A stretch of 63,761 nt of DNA, the filler included, from Vannella sp. (Eukaryota), in the NCBI GenBank assembly GCA_023345925.1. It is 6 parts of 6 records of this genome, joined end to end, with 100 filler letters (N's around TTAATTAATTAA, not from the genome) between each part and the next. Parts side by side here need not be neighbours in the genome. Positions count along the whole stretch, not along the records: positions 1 to 24,038 come from JAJQQN010000403.1; 5 more parts are not named here. One strand, 5' to 3'. Shown one piece after another: positions 1-14,346 of this stretch. The notes under the pieces were generated by a model. That model was not told the DNA's origin. It did not search any database and worked only from the letters and a program-made list of their open reading frames with translations. Position numbers and translations under genes: made by a program. The first letter of the stretch is position 1. The number at the start of each line of letters is the position of its first letter.

Positions 1-3000
1 TCCTTTTGAATGGGAGCCTTCGCCGCCTCCACATGGGCAACAAAGGCGTTCCAGAACTGCATGTAGTACTCGTGGAGGTTCTTCATGATCCGGAAAACGC
101 GCTGTTCAAGACCTCCTTGAGCGCTGTAAGACAACTGGTTTGCGAAGCTCTCAAGGAGCTTCATGCGAACAGAGAACTCTCCCATGTTGGAAGACTGGCA
201 GAAGTCGATGAGAGTCTTTAAGAGATCGGCCAAATAGGTTTCCTGCTGCTCTGTGGTTCTCTCCCGAGCTCCCTCAAGAGAGAGAATCACTGATTGATAC
301 AAGTCAAACCACCAACGCACTGCTCTGGTCTCGAACGCTTTGACTCGAGTGGCCAGAATATCAGGCCACGACCGAAGCTCTATTTTGCGCCACCGAGCAA
401 CAAGTCGGGAGACAGACTCTAGCTGGACTTTCAGGGAGACCCCTACATGTGCAAAAGTCTCCCATTCGTGTGCCTTGCGGAGAAGTAGCTCCAATCCAGT
501 GATGAATTTCATAAGGGGAGAGCAGACAGGGAAGATGAGGAGTCGGTTGATGATTTTCAGAAGTCCTTGCAACACTGGGTGGTCAGGCCATTGAGCTAGC
601 AACCCTTCAATAGCATTTTGAAGCTCAAGAAGTGGCCGTTGGAGGAGTTGCGCCTCGGCAATGTTGGGATCAGTATGAATGTTGTAGATCAGTCCACTTC
701 CCATTTCAGCAAAGTATTGAGAAGCCAATGGGGGCTTCTCTGTTGGCTCTGACGGAGCAGGGGCAGAGAGAATTTCGCGTGTGAGGTGAGAAGCGACCAA
801 ATGAGATGCTGCACAAGCTTGGTCCACTGCTGAAGATGCCACTTGCTCTCGAAGTTGATCGAACATTTGGGCTGCCGTTTCATAAGACAACAAGAACTCC
901 TTTGCCTGAAGGGTTCGTAGATTAGATGCGTCAAGAGAAGCCTGTTGCCCATCCAATTGACTTTGCTCATTTTGAGGACTGGCAAAGATTCTTTGATGCG
1001 CTTCGTACAAGAACCAGCATTCAGCATCACCGAGAGTAGCTTTAGCGTCTAAGAGAGCATCTGGAGCGCTGTCTGTGTCTTTGTCTGCTTCATCTTCAGT
1101 CGAATCGACTTCCTCTTCCAATTGAAGGTCAGCGTATTGCTCAGCATAGTCAGGGAAGAGTTCGCGCAGGTGGCGAGCCTCTTCCTCCTCTTCTGTCTCT
1201 CCGGTGTCGTGGGTTCGGTCCTTGTACTTGAACATGGAGGCTTCCTCTTCCTTCTTCCGGCGTTCCTCCTCCTTCATCTTCTGCCAGGTTAAGGTATAGA
1301 TAGCGCAGAGGCGACCAAGCAAATGAAGCAGGCGAGGAGGCAAGTGGCCTCGTAAGATAGCCACAAGATTGTAAAGAGAGGCGAGCAATGAAGTGAGATA
1401 GAGTGAATAGCATGCGCTTGCATCTGAATCTCTGAGGAACTGCTCAATGACACTCAGAGCACGCTCAGAAAGAAGACTCTCCAGAACATCTACGCGTGGC
1501 TGCAAAGCTGTACCACTGGCATTCACTACCGCAGGTAGTTGAATCAGTCGGGTGAGAATGCGTTCGTACTCGCTTCTCTCCCGATGATAGGCGCTGAGAG
1601 AAGCGAAGCGGCGTGGAGCACCGGAGTGACTGCCAATCTCAGAGGCGAGAAGGCGGAATCCATATTTGATCATGTAGAGAGAGTTGGCAAGTGGCATGGT
1701 GACGTCAGTGTAGCTTGGATACTTATCAAGGGTGTTATTGAGGAACTCAGCAGTACGATCCTGCCACATTCGTTCACGTTCTGCACCTTGCCCGTGAAGC
1801 AGAAGGTTCAGAAGTTCGTCAACTTTCTGGACGGAGACCAGATGGGTGCGGAGTCTCACAGTATCTTCGAATAACGCACGGAACTGCGAGGGGGTTGGAC
1901 GGCTGGTGATCTTACTCTGAAGATGAGAGATCTTGCTGGACAATAAGGCAATCTGTTCTTGTAGCTCTTGGATACGGTGGGCACTTGATGCCCCAGTTTG
2001 TAGAGACTCCATCTTCAGTCTTGTCCGCAGCTCAATGTCCAGCTGGCTCGCAAACCGCTGATAGGCTCTCAATCGCACCACGTACTTGCTTGTTGGATCC
2101 ATTGCAGTTACAGGGGCTAGAAGTGTGAACTGAAGAATCCCAAGAAGCACCCAAACTCGGCTGCGCGAGGTCAATTCGGCAATTCCAGTGGATTGGAACT
2201 TCCCAAGTCCCTCCAGAATAGGGACAACCAGTTGCTCTCTGACGGCAACAAACGCTGGTTCAGTGACCGACTGTTCAATCAGTTTGCGCAGTTCTGCCAG
2301 ATTCTCAAGAGCAGACTCAACCTGCTGTTTCTGCATGGCTTCTTGAATGGACAATCCGAGGGTTTGGAGTGTTGAGAGGTGCTCTGGTGCGAGTGGAGTC
2401 GCCGCTATCTGGCAGTGAAGAACATACAAGGTTGTGAAAAGCAGTTTCTGCCATTCGCTCTGGTGCAAGTCGGGAACCTCGAGGGCAGCGAAATGCGTTG
2501 TTAATTGGGCAAGTTGAAGTTCCTTGGCCTCTCGGTGTCTGAGAGGGAGAGAAGATAACGATGAGTTGAGATGGAAGGCGACTTGACTCTGTACAGCTTG
2601 ATAGAGTTGAGCAGGGCCAACATGTTGCCGAGTAGATCCCGATTCCATGCTCGAATAAAGGGCCAAGTATCCGGCTTCGTTACTTGGCAGACGCTTGCCC
2701 TGTTGGCAAGAAGCTTCGATAAGTGAGAGAGACTTGGTAAACGAATTGGACCAGACGCGTGAATAGAACTGCGCCATCATGCCCTGCCACAGTCCTTCTA
2801 ACAGCTGCATCGCCATCTCCTCTTTGGGTCTTTCCGAATGAACGATTAGTGCAGTTGATGAGGTAGCAGTAGGGGGCTGGGTGCCTTCAAGCGCCCACAA
2901 AAGATGCTGGTAAGGGACTGTATCTGTTGGAGGTCTGGCACCGTTAGACTGGAGAGAAAGAAGGTTCTGCAAGCTACTTCGAACCTCAAGAACAGCATCT

Positions 3001-6000
3001 TCAAGGATGTCTGTGGGGGTGCTACTCCGAGAGCGTTGTAATTGCTGCCAGAACTGGTGAATCAAGATGGTGTGGGTGGTGGACTCTGCTAAAAGTGAAA
3101 GGTGGTCCGCCAATGGAACCAAAGAAGAAGGGGAGTATTCTAACCAGAGGAGCTCCTCCCGAGTGGCTTCAGCCTGCCGATGAAGGATTGCCTCATCGCT
3201 ATTGAAGATCTCAACGTCAGAAATCTCGATAGGAGCAGCCAACTTCTTCTGGTAGCCCTCCACTTCTGCTTGGAGGATCATCGGAAGTTCACCCAAAGAG
3301 CGAAGCAACGAAGCGCCTTGCTTGGGATGCTCGTCAATCCAAGGGAGCGTACTAAGGGCTTGACCAACTAAACGCATCTTCTCTTGGAAGGCCGGTCGTC
3401 CACGAATATCCATTTGCACTGGAAGCGGTTGAGAGAGGATGAATCGCTCGAGCTTCCCAGTTTGAGCGAGAAGCTCTTGACTTAATTGGGCGACAGGTAG
3501 CTCCTTCAAAACTACGGGACGAGCTCCAAAGCGCAGAAGACTGCTGAGCGACCAGTAAAGGTCGAGTGACTGGCAGGCTCCATTTACACTCTCTATCTGG
3601 GTTTCCATGCTCAAGCCCACTGCAGATTGACAAGACTGAGGAAGTAGAGATAACAGTTTCTTCCACTGTGACACCAAAGATGCCCAGTTTCCTATGAAGG
3701 ACTCTTCACTGAGGACGGGTTGGTTTAATCCATCCCACAGCAAGTCTCGGAAGAAGACTGTTAGGTGCATCTGCCGCCAAGCATTGCCATGAAGAGAGGT
3801 TGGAGATTGGAGAAGCTGGCTTAAAGAGTTATCGAATGATTCAAACAAAGGAACCAGATGGGGAACAAGTCCATGATAGTTCTCCATGCGAAGCGTGTTT
3901 TGGGCATAGCAGAAGGACTGCTGTACCAAGCTTAACTCCTTCTCCGTGCGGTGAGTATAAATTTCTTGTTCTCGCTGCTGCCGAACAACGCGGCGTAGGA
4001 GAACTGCAAAGGCGTCACTGTAGCTCTCAACTGCGGTCCACAACTCAGCCATTTGGGCACTTCCGTCATGAGCCAAGTGCCACTGCACTAAAGTGAATAA
4101 AGACAAGTTTGTACGTAGATCCACCATCAACCCAGGCGGTTTTGACAATTCAAGAGCTCTCAAAAGAGCTTCAGTACGCGATTGCAGTTCGATAAGAACA
4201 GGGTGAGCGAACACCACTTGGAAAATGGCTGCTGCATTCAACGTTCTTTCGCCCAATGCCGAGACAAGTTTCTCTAATGGAGAGAGGAAAGATTGGATCC
4301 ACTGCAGAGTTGTGACTGAGTCGCTCTGCGAAGTTGTTTCAAAGAGAGCGTGCAAGGCAACTTCGTACAAAAGTCCAAAGAACTCAGTGTCGCTGTGACT
4401 ATCAGGATATTGTCTCAGAGCCCGCAGGTCCTTGAAAACCGCTCCCTCATCTTCAATAAGCTCCAGTTTGGAAGTTCGGTGGCCCTTCTGGCTGGAGAAG
4501 AGTGCCTGCAGAAGAGATGTGGACCAGTACATGGATGGAATCTCCAAGGAACCCAGTTGAGAAACAACTTTCTCAGGAGATGTGTGGCTTTCTAGGAGGT
4601 GCGATACAAAGCGGTCAATGCTCTGGGAAATTCGCTCTCCTGCAAGGAAGAACGCAAAAGACCCACGCTGGAAAGCCTCAACTGTCCCAAGTGTGGGAGA
4701 TAACCCGTCCAAAGAAGGAGTAAGTCCTGGGGCTCGCATTGCACAATCTGGCTGCAGGTAAACCTTAAGAGCATCCCTGTAAGAGTGTGCGCCAACTGCC
4801 TCAAACAAGACCTCGGCTACTTGCTCATCATAGAAGATTAACAAGCTCTCTTGGTGTTTAGCAAGTCGTTGGTGCCTCAAATAGACTTGAGCCATACTCA
4901 CTTTGAGCGCATTTGCAAAGAACATACCGCGCTTGAGAAGAGTTACTGTGAGAGCTCCCCAACGTAGCAATTCACGAAGACCCAGTCGGGCCTCAGCCCA
5001 ACTCTGATGAAGTTGGCTAGCACTGCAATGGAATCGGACCATTACGGTTGGTAAGTGGGCACCAGGAATGCCCACGCTGTTTAAGAGCCTCACAGAATCT
5101 CTTAAAGTGATCGGATCTTCAGTTGCACTTGGCGTAGCAATCAGATTGATCTCAATGCCTCGATTGCGCATTGCACGAGAGATCTCGCCATTGTCAGGAT
5201 CCATAGTGACGAAGAGGCGGAAATTGGGGTGCGGTTTCACCACTTTGACCTCTCCCCCAATCACTCCTCTTTCGTTGACCATTAGAGATCCTCCTGTCTC
5301 AAGGAGAGGATTCAAGCGGTCAAGTACTGATGGATTGCAAAAGTTGACGTTGTCAACCAACAGCCATTCTCCAGCTTCTAAGGCCTTGAGCAGAGTTCCA
5401 TCAATCCATTCGAAGCATCCTGTGACAGAGTGCGCTTCAATAGCTGACATTTGATCCAACAGGGCAGTGAGACTGCTCACTTTGAGAGCCACTTGAGTGT
5501 CATCTAAATGAGATAGGCGGCTCAACAGCTGTCGCAGCGTGTTTTGTTCTGAGAGAGAAAAGTTGTTGTTGTGCTCAAGAGAGCCCCCAATCTGTACTTT
5601 CGATGCGTGCCATTCGTTGTGAAGCTCTTGAATCGCAGCAGATCCGTTTGACACAGTTTCAACGCTTCGGAGCGTCAGCAGTTCTGTTGCCAATTCGATT
5701 GCACTTGAAAGGAGGATCAAGAAACCTTTCTTCTTCCGCACTAAATCGATTTGTTCAAACCCACCAAGAAGCTCTGTCGTATCAACAGAGCTGTTCATCC
5801 AGAATTGGGCCAGTGGACGGCCAAGTAACTGAGCGAGCAACTGAACGATGCTCGTTTTCCCTGATCCAGCTCCGCCCAATAGGATGACCATCCAGTTCAT
5901 CTTAATGCAGGTCATGACGTGCTCTAAGGTGTCTAACTGTCCGGAGAGCACTTGCAAAAGGGTTCCATTGGCCATACCAAGTGAAAGATTGCCAACGGGT

Positions 6001-9000
6001 AGCTCAGCAAGCCCAATCTGCAAGTGACTCTTGGAACGATAGAACTGTGGAGTAGTGCGAGGAAGTAACTTGAAGCCAAACACTTCTTGGAATACCTCTC
6101 GAATGTAGGAGCGATCTTGGGGAGTTCGCATTCGTTGCAAATAGATCAATTCCACGAATCTCGATGCTTGGTGTGCGAGTGGAAGGTATTCTGCAGTTTG
6201 CAAAAGAACCTGAGGGACGTTCTCACATAGGAGTGAACACCACCGGAAGATGTCTCGGAGGTTGAACTCCCAGGGACTCCCACGACGACCGAATTTAGCA
6301 GCAATCATCGAATCATGGTAAAGACGTGCGTTGAATTGAATCATTCGTTCAAGAAGATCTGCAGGGAGGCTTTTGTACATGGCCTGTGCAATGAAGAGGA
6401 GGTCAGTATCAGCGAAAGGCTCAACATAGACCTGAGTAAATCGATTGAGGAAAGATTTTGGAAGTCCTTTTCGGCCACCTCCTTGCTGGGTCGGATTCTG
6501 GCAAGCGAAGATTCGGAAAGAAGGAGGGCATTTGAACTCCTGGCCGATTTCGGGAATGAAAACTGTTCCTCGGTGATCTAAGCAAGAGTTGAGACCCTCC
6601 AAGACAGACTGAGAAGCCAGATTAAGCTCATCAAGTAATACCCAATCTCCTTCTTTGAGTGCACGCAGGAAGACACCGTCACTCCAGCCGAATTCTCCTG
6701 CTCGCCCGCCCTCCACTGGAAGGTCAGATCCAAGTAGATCCATCATATCAGTTTGTTCAGATAAATTGATTCTGACTATTCGATGGCCAGAAGCAGCAGC
6801 CAAAGCACTGACCAAACTGGTCTTACCAACTCCTGGGCTTCCTTCTAAAAGGATTGGCTTTGCAATTTGCATTGCCCGAAGCATTCTCATTAGGTTGGTT
6901 GCAGTAGTGGGTGCCTGAAGAGAGAAGTTCAGCTCAGAGGGAATTTCCGCGCGCCCTAAGTTGATGAAGAAGGCAGAGAGTCCAAACTTTGAATCATCAA
7001 CCAACTTTTCAGGGAAGGGAACTGCGAAATCGTCACCCCGAAGCGGTGGAACTCTACCGCCAACACTTTGAAGCTGCTGTACAAGGAATTGGAACGCTCC
7101 GCCACGGATCTGTAAGCATCGACGCTCCGAGAATCCTGTTGAAACTGGTAATCCATCCAGCAAGACCAGACAAGCACCATGGAGGTAGATTTCGAATGGA
7201 TCAGTGGTACCACGATTGTGGAGAGTGTTCATGAACCCAACCCAAGCCAGAAGGTCTCGCAACGAGATGAGGCGCTTTCCACGAACAGCATCAGTAAACC
7301 ACTCCAGAAAGTCGATAATCAGTCTCGCAAAGTCACTCAATTCAGCGACAAGTCGCTCTCTTAAGATTTCAATCAGCTCGTCCCTGGCAGTGATGGAGGG
7401 AACCCATATTTCGGTGAATCGGTTTCGCAGAGCAGGAGAGAGCTCTCGCTTTCCAAAGTCACCTCCGGGATTCATAGTTGCAAAGATACGGAAATTATCG
7501 GCAGCTCTCAGCTCTTCAATCTCTGATCCACCTTTTTCTGCAAGGACGAGGCCACGAGAAGGTTCAAGTACCGAGTTGAGGCGTTCAAGAACTGAGTCCT
7601 CGGCTAAAGAGATCTCATCCACTAGGAAGAGGTCGCCTTGCTTCATTGCTTGAATGAGAGGACCATCAGCCCATTCAAAGAGGGATTTGTACTGGGCAAC
7701 TGCACGGCGTAACTCTTCGAGTTGTGTTGCCAATGCATCAGGTACACTCGCAAGTGCGGGGACAATCCGTTCGTATTGGCTAAGCAGCTGGACGAGTCCC
7801 CATTGATCGAATACAATCGGGTTAACTCCTTCAAGGAGCTGGTGGTCATGCAGGGCGTGTAAAAACAAGCGGAGATGGGTTTGAAGAGACTCAGCCAAGG
7901 CATCTTTCCCACGAATTGGCCTCAAACTTCCAAGGAAATCAGCGGTTTCAGTGTGTTGATGACAATTGAGAATGTGCAGTGGACGTTGAAGAAGAATTGA
8001 GAATAGTTGACAAACAGTTGTTTTTCCACAACCCGTTTCACCAATAAGTAAGACCGGCTCTTGGTGTTGGATGCACCGTGAAAGAAGCATGAACATGCGC
8101 TTCATACTTTGTGTCCAAACAATATTGAAGTCTCCTTCCAGCCCTTGTTGGCGAAGGAGATTTCGGACTTCCTCTAGTCCAGTGTCCTTTTGTGTCTCAT
8201 ACACTGCGGAAAGATCCAACCGAACTTTCATGTGTTTCTCAAGGACTTGCTGGATGAAAGCTTTCTCCTCTGGGTTGCGCAACCGCTCAGCTAAAAGCAT
8301 GTATCCGTCAACTGCAAGATCGTGATACCCTTGAGCCTGCCTATTGGCCCAACGGAAGAGATCTCGAAGGGTAATCAGAGCACTCTTGCCGGCGAAAACT
8401 TGCGTTCCATGACGCTGGCGCTGAAGGTCTTTCATCACAGCCACTAACTTTGCACAATACGAAGGAGCAATCGCACACCGCTTTTCTAGAATAGTCTGAA
8501 GCTCATCATCGGGGATGTCGTCAAAGTGAAGTTCCAAAAATCGGTTTCGGAAGGCCCTTGAAAGTGCCTTCCGGCCTCCATAAGCTCCAGGGGGATTTTG
8601 TGTGGCGAATAACATGAAGTGAGGATGAGGCTTGATTGTCTCTTGAGTCTCTGGGATGAATAATTCACGATTGTCATCAAGGAGTCTGTTGAGCGCCTCG
8701 AGCACCTCAGATGGCGCAAGATTGAGCTCGTCGAGTACAACCCAGTAGCCGTGGCGAACAGCTTCGACAAGAATACCCTCTTGGAACACCAAGTTTCCTT
8801 GACTGTCCGAAACATAGCAACCCAAGTACTCTTGAATATCAGTGTGCTCATGGTTGTTAATGCGCACAAACTTGTGTCCCGTGCTTAGAGCGAGGTATTG
8901 GACCATACTGGTCTTACCACTGCTGGTGGGACCCTGCAATAACACTGGGTACTTACGACTAAGGACCACTCGCGCCAGAGAAGTTAGATGCGCTTGGATG

Positions 9001-12000
9001 CTCTTGGTAAGAATGTAGTCACTTGGAGGAGCCACAGGCTGAGAGCCAGGCTCCACCCAAAATTGAGCAAATTTGACGTGTTCAGGAGTGGGTTGTTTGG
9101 GAACAGTTTTGAGACTGAGTTTCCGTTTAGCAAGCTCTGATCCGATGTGCTTCTGAAGGAGACGCTCCATTATCGGAATACTCTTACTATTCAGTTGTGT
9201 GAGAAAGCTCATACTAAGACCCTCGTAGAGTGCTCTGTAGAAGCCAAATTGGGGAACCACATCCACTGTGTACTGTAAGGCACGACAGAGACTTCTTAAT
9301 GAGAAGTGAGGTTTTTGGTTAGCACCATCACTCAGCGTAGAGAAAGCTTCGGTCTTGGCAGCCCGATAAAATGCAACAATGGAATCAACAGGAGGCATTG
9401 CCATGACTGTAGAGAGGTAGGACATGACCACAGTCTTCAAATCAGCTTCGTTGTCTAATTCGGGAATGTAAATCTCAGTGAACCGATTCCGCAGTCCTGG
9501 GGGAAGTTCCTTTTTGCCAATGTCAGTCGGAGGGTTCATGCAAGCAAAAATGCGGAATTGAGGATGCCGCTCTACGGCTGCAATATCGCCACGCTCTGTA
9601 AGATACAAGCCACCACCTTCAAGAAGACCAGACAGGCTTTCCAGTGTTTCCGTAGAGGCCAAGTTGATTTCATCAAGAAGGACCCAGTCTCCATTGCGCA
9701 CTGCCTTCACTAGAGCACCTTCGACAAAGGAAAATGCGAAGCTTCCTGAAATCTTACGCCGTTGCTCTTTGAATTGTCTCACCGCAGCTCCTAGAGTACG
9801 CCAGCGATCTTGAACCCGAGACTTCAGCTTTGATTTCTTGTGAGTAACATCGATCTCGTCCTCGTTGCTCGAGGAAGGATGAAGTGATTCAACGTGCAAA
9901 ACGATCTCGTACAGAAGCTTGATAAAGACGTCCCACTTTTGAGTTGCGTATGACAGAGCTAACTTCTCCAAAAAGGCTTGGTTATTGGATTTCGAGAAGG
10001 TTCTTGGGAACAAGTAGTCGAATTCGTTTTTCAGTGGAACACAAAGACTGCGGAGCTCCATTGGTTTGAAGCCTCCCAGTAAGTCCGAACTGTCACTTTG
10101 TTGCGAAAGATTCTGAACCACTAATTGCTTTCCGAGTTGATTGGCCAAGTGCTGAATCACTGAAGTTTTGCCTGTTCCTGTCTCACCAACAAGAAGGATC
10201 GGTTCGTTCAAAAGAACTGCGACGCTTATTCGCTCCAAATTTCTGAGGGCATGCATAGTCAGAGCAAAGTTAGCCTTTCTTCCGCTATTGGACTCCTTTT
10301 CCCGGGACATTGTATGTCGCCCAATCGACAAGGTGGTCTTAGTCAAATGGAGAGCCGGCTTATAACTGTCTAAGAAGTACCCAACGTGATCCGAGTTGAT
10401 GTTCCACGACGTGGCTATTTGTTGCATCGTATCTCTGCGGGCCGTGGGTGAAGATAGCATGGCACAGAAGCAGTCGTACGCTTCAGAGAAGATTATTTCC
10501 TTCAGCTGAGCTGATTCTGCATTAGTTACATTGAGTTGTTGAGATTCGCAAAAGCGAGAGACTCGCCGGCACCATTTGATAAGATCTCGAGATGATAAAG
10601 GTCGAGAGCTTCCAGTGGTCGAATGGTTTGTAGTTCGCTTCAGGAAAGAGAAAGAGTCTATGAACTTATTGATGATCAATCGGAGCGAGGGAAAAGACTC
10701 CTGCAGCACCGTTATGATCTCTTCATCAGGGAGTGGATGGATGACAATTTTTGTCCAAAATTTGCTGAGGAGCTTTCCGCTTGCTCTTCCACGTGAGCTT
10801 TGCATTCCCTCGCTTCCTAGCAGAGTTTCAGTAGCAAAGATGCGAAAGCCATGAGCAGCTTGAATCTCTTCGCCTCGGCCAGGAATAAACAATTGCCGTG
10901 TTTCTAACAACGGCAGGATCACAGAGATCACATCCACGGAGGCCAAATCAATGTCTTCGATAACAATCCACTTGCCATCCTTGACAGCCTGGGTCAAGGC
11001 ACCAGGCTGCCACTTGAACTCTCCTGGTGTCTCAGTGCAAACGTAAGTCCCCAGCAATACTTTGGCATCCGATTGATCACCAAGGTGGATCTTGATTATG
11101 TCTGAAGTACTTGTGAGCAAACAGTATCAATAGAGCTTGTGCATACCTTCGTTTCCTGTGAGTAAAGCTAGTTCGTTGATAAGAGATGTCTTTCCTGAGC
11201 CGGTGACACCTTCAAGTAAGATCGGGTTCTTCTGGCAAACAGCTAACGCCAGGGATTTGAGGTTTTCATTCGTCGTAAGTGTTGGAACCAACCGCCGAAT
11301 GGGAGGCACTTTGGCGTCTCCTCGAACCAACAGAACTCCGCAAACGTCCACCAGTCGAGGATGTAGATCAGTAACTGTTACAGCACACTGTGGTGCATGA
11401 GTGAGGCCCGCACATGTGTCCAAGAAGAGTAAATTGTGTTCCAAAGTCTCCTCCTCCATCAGAATCCTACAGAATGAGACCAGTCAGCGCCTAGTGGTGA
11501 TGACAAACGAGCGGCATACCTTAGATAGTTGAGATCGGCTTCTGGCGTGCAAATAGCCTGGATAAGACCTTCAGCAGATGTTGGGCAATGCCCACCAAGA
11601 AGGGAGAGGGTCTTGGCGGTGTTCCATCGAGTTTCTTCATCCGTGTGATGAAGAAGGGCATAAAAGGGAGCCCAGTTCCATGATAATTGAGAGTGGAACC
11701 CGTCAGTGGTCTGGAAAAAGCGGAAAAGTCGATGTGCAGTGCGCGAGAACTCCAATACCATCTCCTTTGGGTACTTACACCCTGTGAGTTCGCGCCTAAA
11801 GCATCACATAGTCCCCTTACTTGGCTGAGAGGTAGTCCGGGTTGTAGGGCCATCAGGTAGTCCACGATCGAGGTGGATTTGCACATCAACTCGAGGACAA
11901 GGCCTGCAGCTTCTGGGACCAGAGAGAGGAGCTTACTGAGAGTGGAAACCACTTGCAGCATGCAAGAACCATTCGATCGAGATGCTTTCTCACACGCAAG

Positions 12001-12287
12001 AAGAACCAAATGGAGAATCAAAGGCCTGCAAGTGCGGAGAACGATGAAGGTAAACTTGGGGTCGAGTAAGGACTCCATTAGCGCAACCATCAACTGGCTC
12101 TTGATCTCAGGAGTAAAAGATCCACTCTTCGCCTTCCCTCTCCCCGTAAGTCTCCATTCAGCGCGATCAAGAGGAAACCCAAACTCACAAGCAATTGATC
12201 GAACTGTTGCAGAAGCGGCAGTTCGTATGGCTGGAGTAGCTTCAAAACCTCGTCCAACTGAAAGCCAAAGGCATCCGAATGAGTCAT
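1..12287 (-). CDS. MDN1: Midasin/Rea1 AAA+ ATPase (60S ribosome biogenesis); 3' part lies outside the window
   Basis: Six Walker A motifs on the minus strand: GVTGSGKTS (~11200), GETGTGKTS (~10180), GPTSSGKTS (~8920), GETGCGKTT (~8030), GSPGVGKTS (~6830), GGAGSGKTS (~5860). Walker B motifs of the LDEINLA/LDELNLA type and FEW-DG motifs are present. A few short 5' introns precede an apparently open ~11 kb exon running off position 1, which probably explains its absence from the ORF track. The start at 12287 is inferred. Confidence 0.95.
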
Positions 12288-12466
12288 ACGTAACGACAGA
12301 CAAGCAACAAGAAGAGGCGATCAAGAAAAGAAGTCCAATCAACCTCGAATCACTTTGAACGAATCAGAGCCCTCCTTTTCTCCACCAATCAAAACCGAGT
12401 TGGAAATGGACCTTCCTCTTGAATGCTATATATTTCACAAAAGAATACTAATCATAATTTACATGC

Positions 12467-13445
12467 TTAACAGCAGCCGGTGTCCTTTTTGACAGGACGG
12501 GGAATGAGAATGGTGTCGGTGGCTTTGGGTGGTCTCTTCGGAAGGAGGGTTGGATCCTCGAAGATTGACTCAAGTAGCTTTTGTACCGCTTCATCTATAC
12601 CTGCTCCAAGGGCTGCAGAAGTTTCGAACCTTGCGAATGGTGAGAAATCGTTCTATGTCACACAAACCCTTTTGGTTACCATCCAATGAATCCGTTATCT
12701 TGACAGAAAGTGTCCATGTGTTGTCGATGTTGGTTGAAGAGTGCGTTACTTCTTAACATATCACACTTCTCCCTTTCAGAGTTCTGAAGCTGCTTGGTCA
12801 GAGGCACACACGTACCTTATTGGCGAGGAGGATCACTTTAATCGGCCGAACCGCTCCTAAAGAGATCTTGGCATCCATATCATTCTTCCAACGGCGTACT
12901 GCCTCAAAGGAACGAATATCATTGATGTCAAAGACAATGAAGGCGCCCACAGCCTCCCGGTAGTAGATCTGCTCCGCGTCAGATCGTTTAACGTGCGCCT
13001 TTGCCGTACCCTCGTCATGTTAGAGAAGCGCTCTTGCCCTGGTTGAGAATGAGGACCTTATGTTCAACTGCAGTAGCGTTGGCTTACCCCCAATGTCCCA
13101 CATCTGAAGCTGAACTGTTGCATAGTCCTCCCATAAGATCTCTTTCAGGGCAAAGTCCACCCCAACCTGTGTCTGAATGAGCACTGCAGTACTCCAAGAT
13201 GAAGCAACTAACAGTGGCTTTGTAGTTCTCCGAGAACTCGTTGGACACAAGGCGCCGAATGATGGATCTAGCGGGAAAAGGAGTCAACAATGGAACCCAA
13301 ATGCCACAGATGCTCACGTCTTCCCTGCTCCAGCATCCCCCACCACTAAGACCTTCAGCATTGTTTCTAACTGCTCCCCCAGAGTCTCGTCCTTGACATC
13401 CAGTGAGTTGTACGTCCTGATGTCCTCCAAGGAGGCCCTCACCAT
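12467..13445 (-). CDS. RAB32: Rab32/38-type small GTPase, 7 exons
   Basis: Spliced product reads KVLVVGDAGAGKT-SII...YKATVGVDFALK...WDIGGQERF...IYYREAVGA...LLANKCD...GWFETSA...GCC*. WDI (rather than WDT) and GVDFALK are typical of Rab32/38/29. The terminal CC is a prenylation motif. Six GT-AG introns were traced. Confidence 0.88.
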
Positions 13446-13490
13446 GCGCCAGGGGAAATGGGAATGGCTTGAAGTGATACTTTTAATTAA

Positions 13491-14241
13491 TCAATCATCG
13501 GGCTCGCTACCTTCACCATCGCTGTCTCCTCCGTCTTCCTGGTCGACTAAAATAGAGTAGCCGCCCTCTTCTTCATCTTGTTCTTCCTCGTCTTGCTCTT
13601 CCATGTCAGGATCGAGGTCCTCAATCTTGATACCTTCAGGTTCGTCCAGTTCTTCTGTTTGGTTGGGTTCGTCCTTCACTGTCAGCTTCATTGGGTCTGA
13701 GCTTCCAGGGAACACTTTGATATCGTCCTCTATCCGTGCGAGCTTGCTCACTTCGACAGCACAGCCGATCACTTCGGCAGGGAGAACGTTTGTTTCGCAG
13801 TCAAGGCGAATGATGTGCTGTAAAGGGGTACCATAGGAACGCTTGCCTTCCACTCAATGAGTCTTTGATCAGCAAGGGAAGATAGACTCACCCAAGGTCG
13901 GTTGGGTTGGCATGAAGAAGGGAGAAGTAGCGTAGGCTTCGTCCAAATGCCGGCTTATCTCAGCAATCTGCTGAAAGGAGCTATCCAACTCCTTCGCTGG
14001 TGCGATCACTTGAGGATGTGGCTGATCCAGATGGTAAGACTCTGAAGACAATGAACCCCTACCAGACGCTACCCACAGGCCACAAAGCAGGAGCAAGCTT
14101 CACCATCATCTCACCCGACTGGGAAGCCACCATGGCAGCAGAAGGGCCACTGCTAGGTCGCGCAGCACTCGGAGGACCGCCCCTTCCTCGGCCCCTCCCT
14201 CTCCCGCGAGCTCTCGGCGCTCCCCTTCCACGGGCACTCAT
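13491..14241 (-). CDS. POLR3G: RNA polymerase III subunit RPC7/C31-like, 3 exons
   Basis: N-terminal RGRG repeats, PALWP, SPFF and LPAE motifs, and a highly acidic C-terminus containing a Tyr (EEEGGYS..DGGDSD). This layout matches Rpc31. Confidence 0.65.
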
Positions 14242-14346
14242 CAAATGAACTAAAATGATTAATTCGGAGCTTGTATTACAAAAGGGAGACTTGAGCGAGG
14301 AAGGAGAGTTTTCGTCTCCTCTTGGCGTGCAGGGTCTTGTGCTGGC

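Noticed and set aside
1..11100. Apparent 11-kb region with only short ORFs in the track
   Set aside because: It is the midasin frame running off the window. The listed short ORFs are shadow frames.
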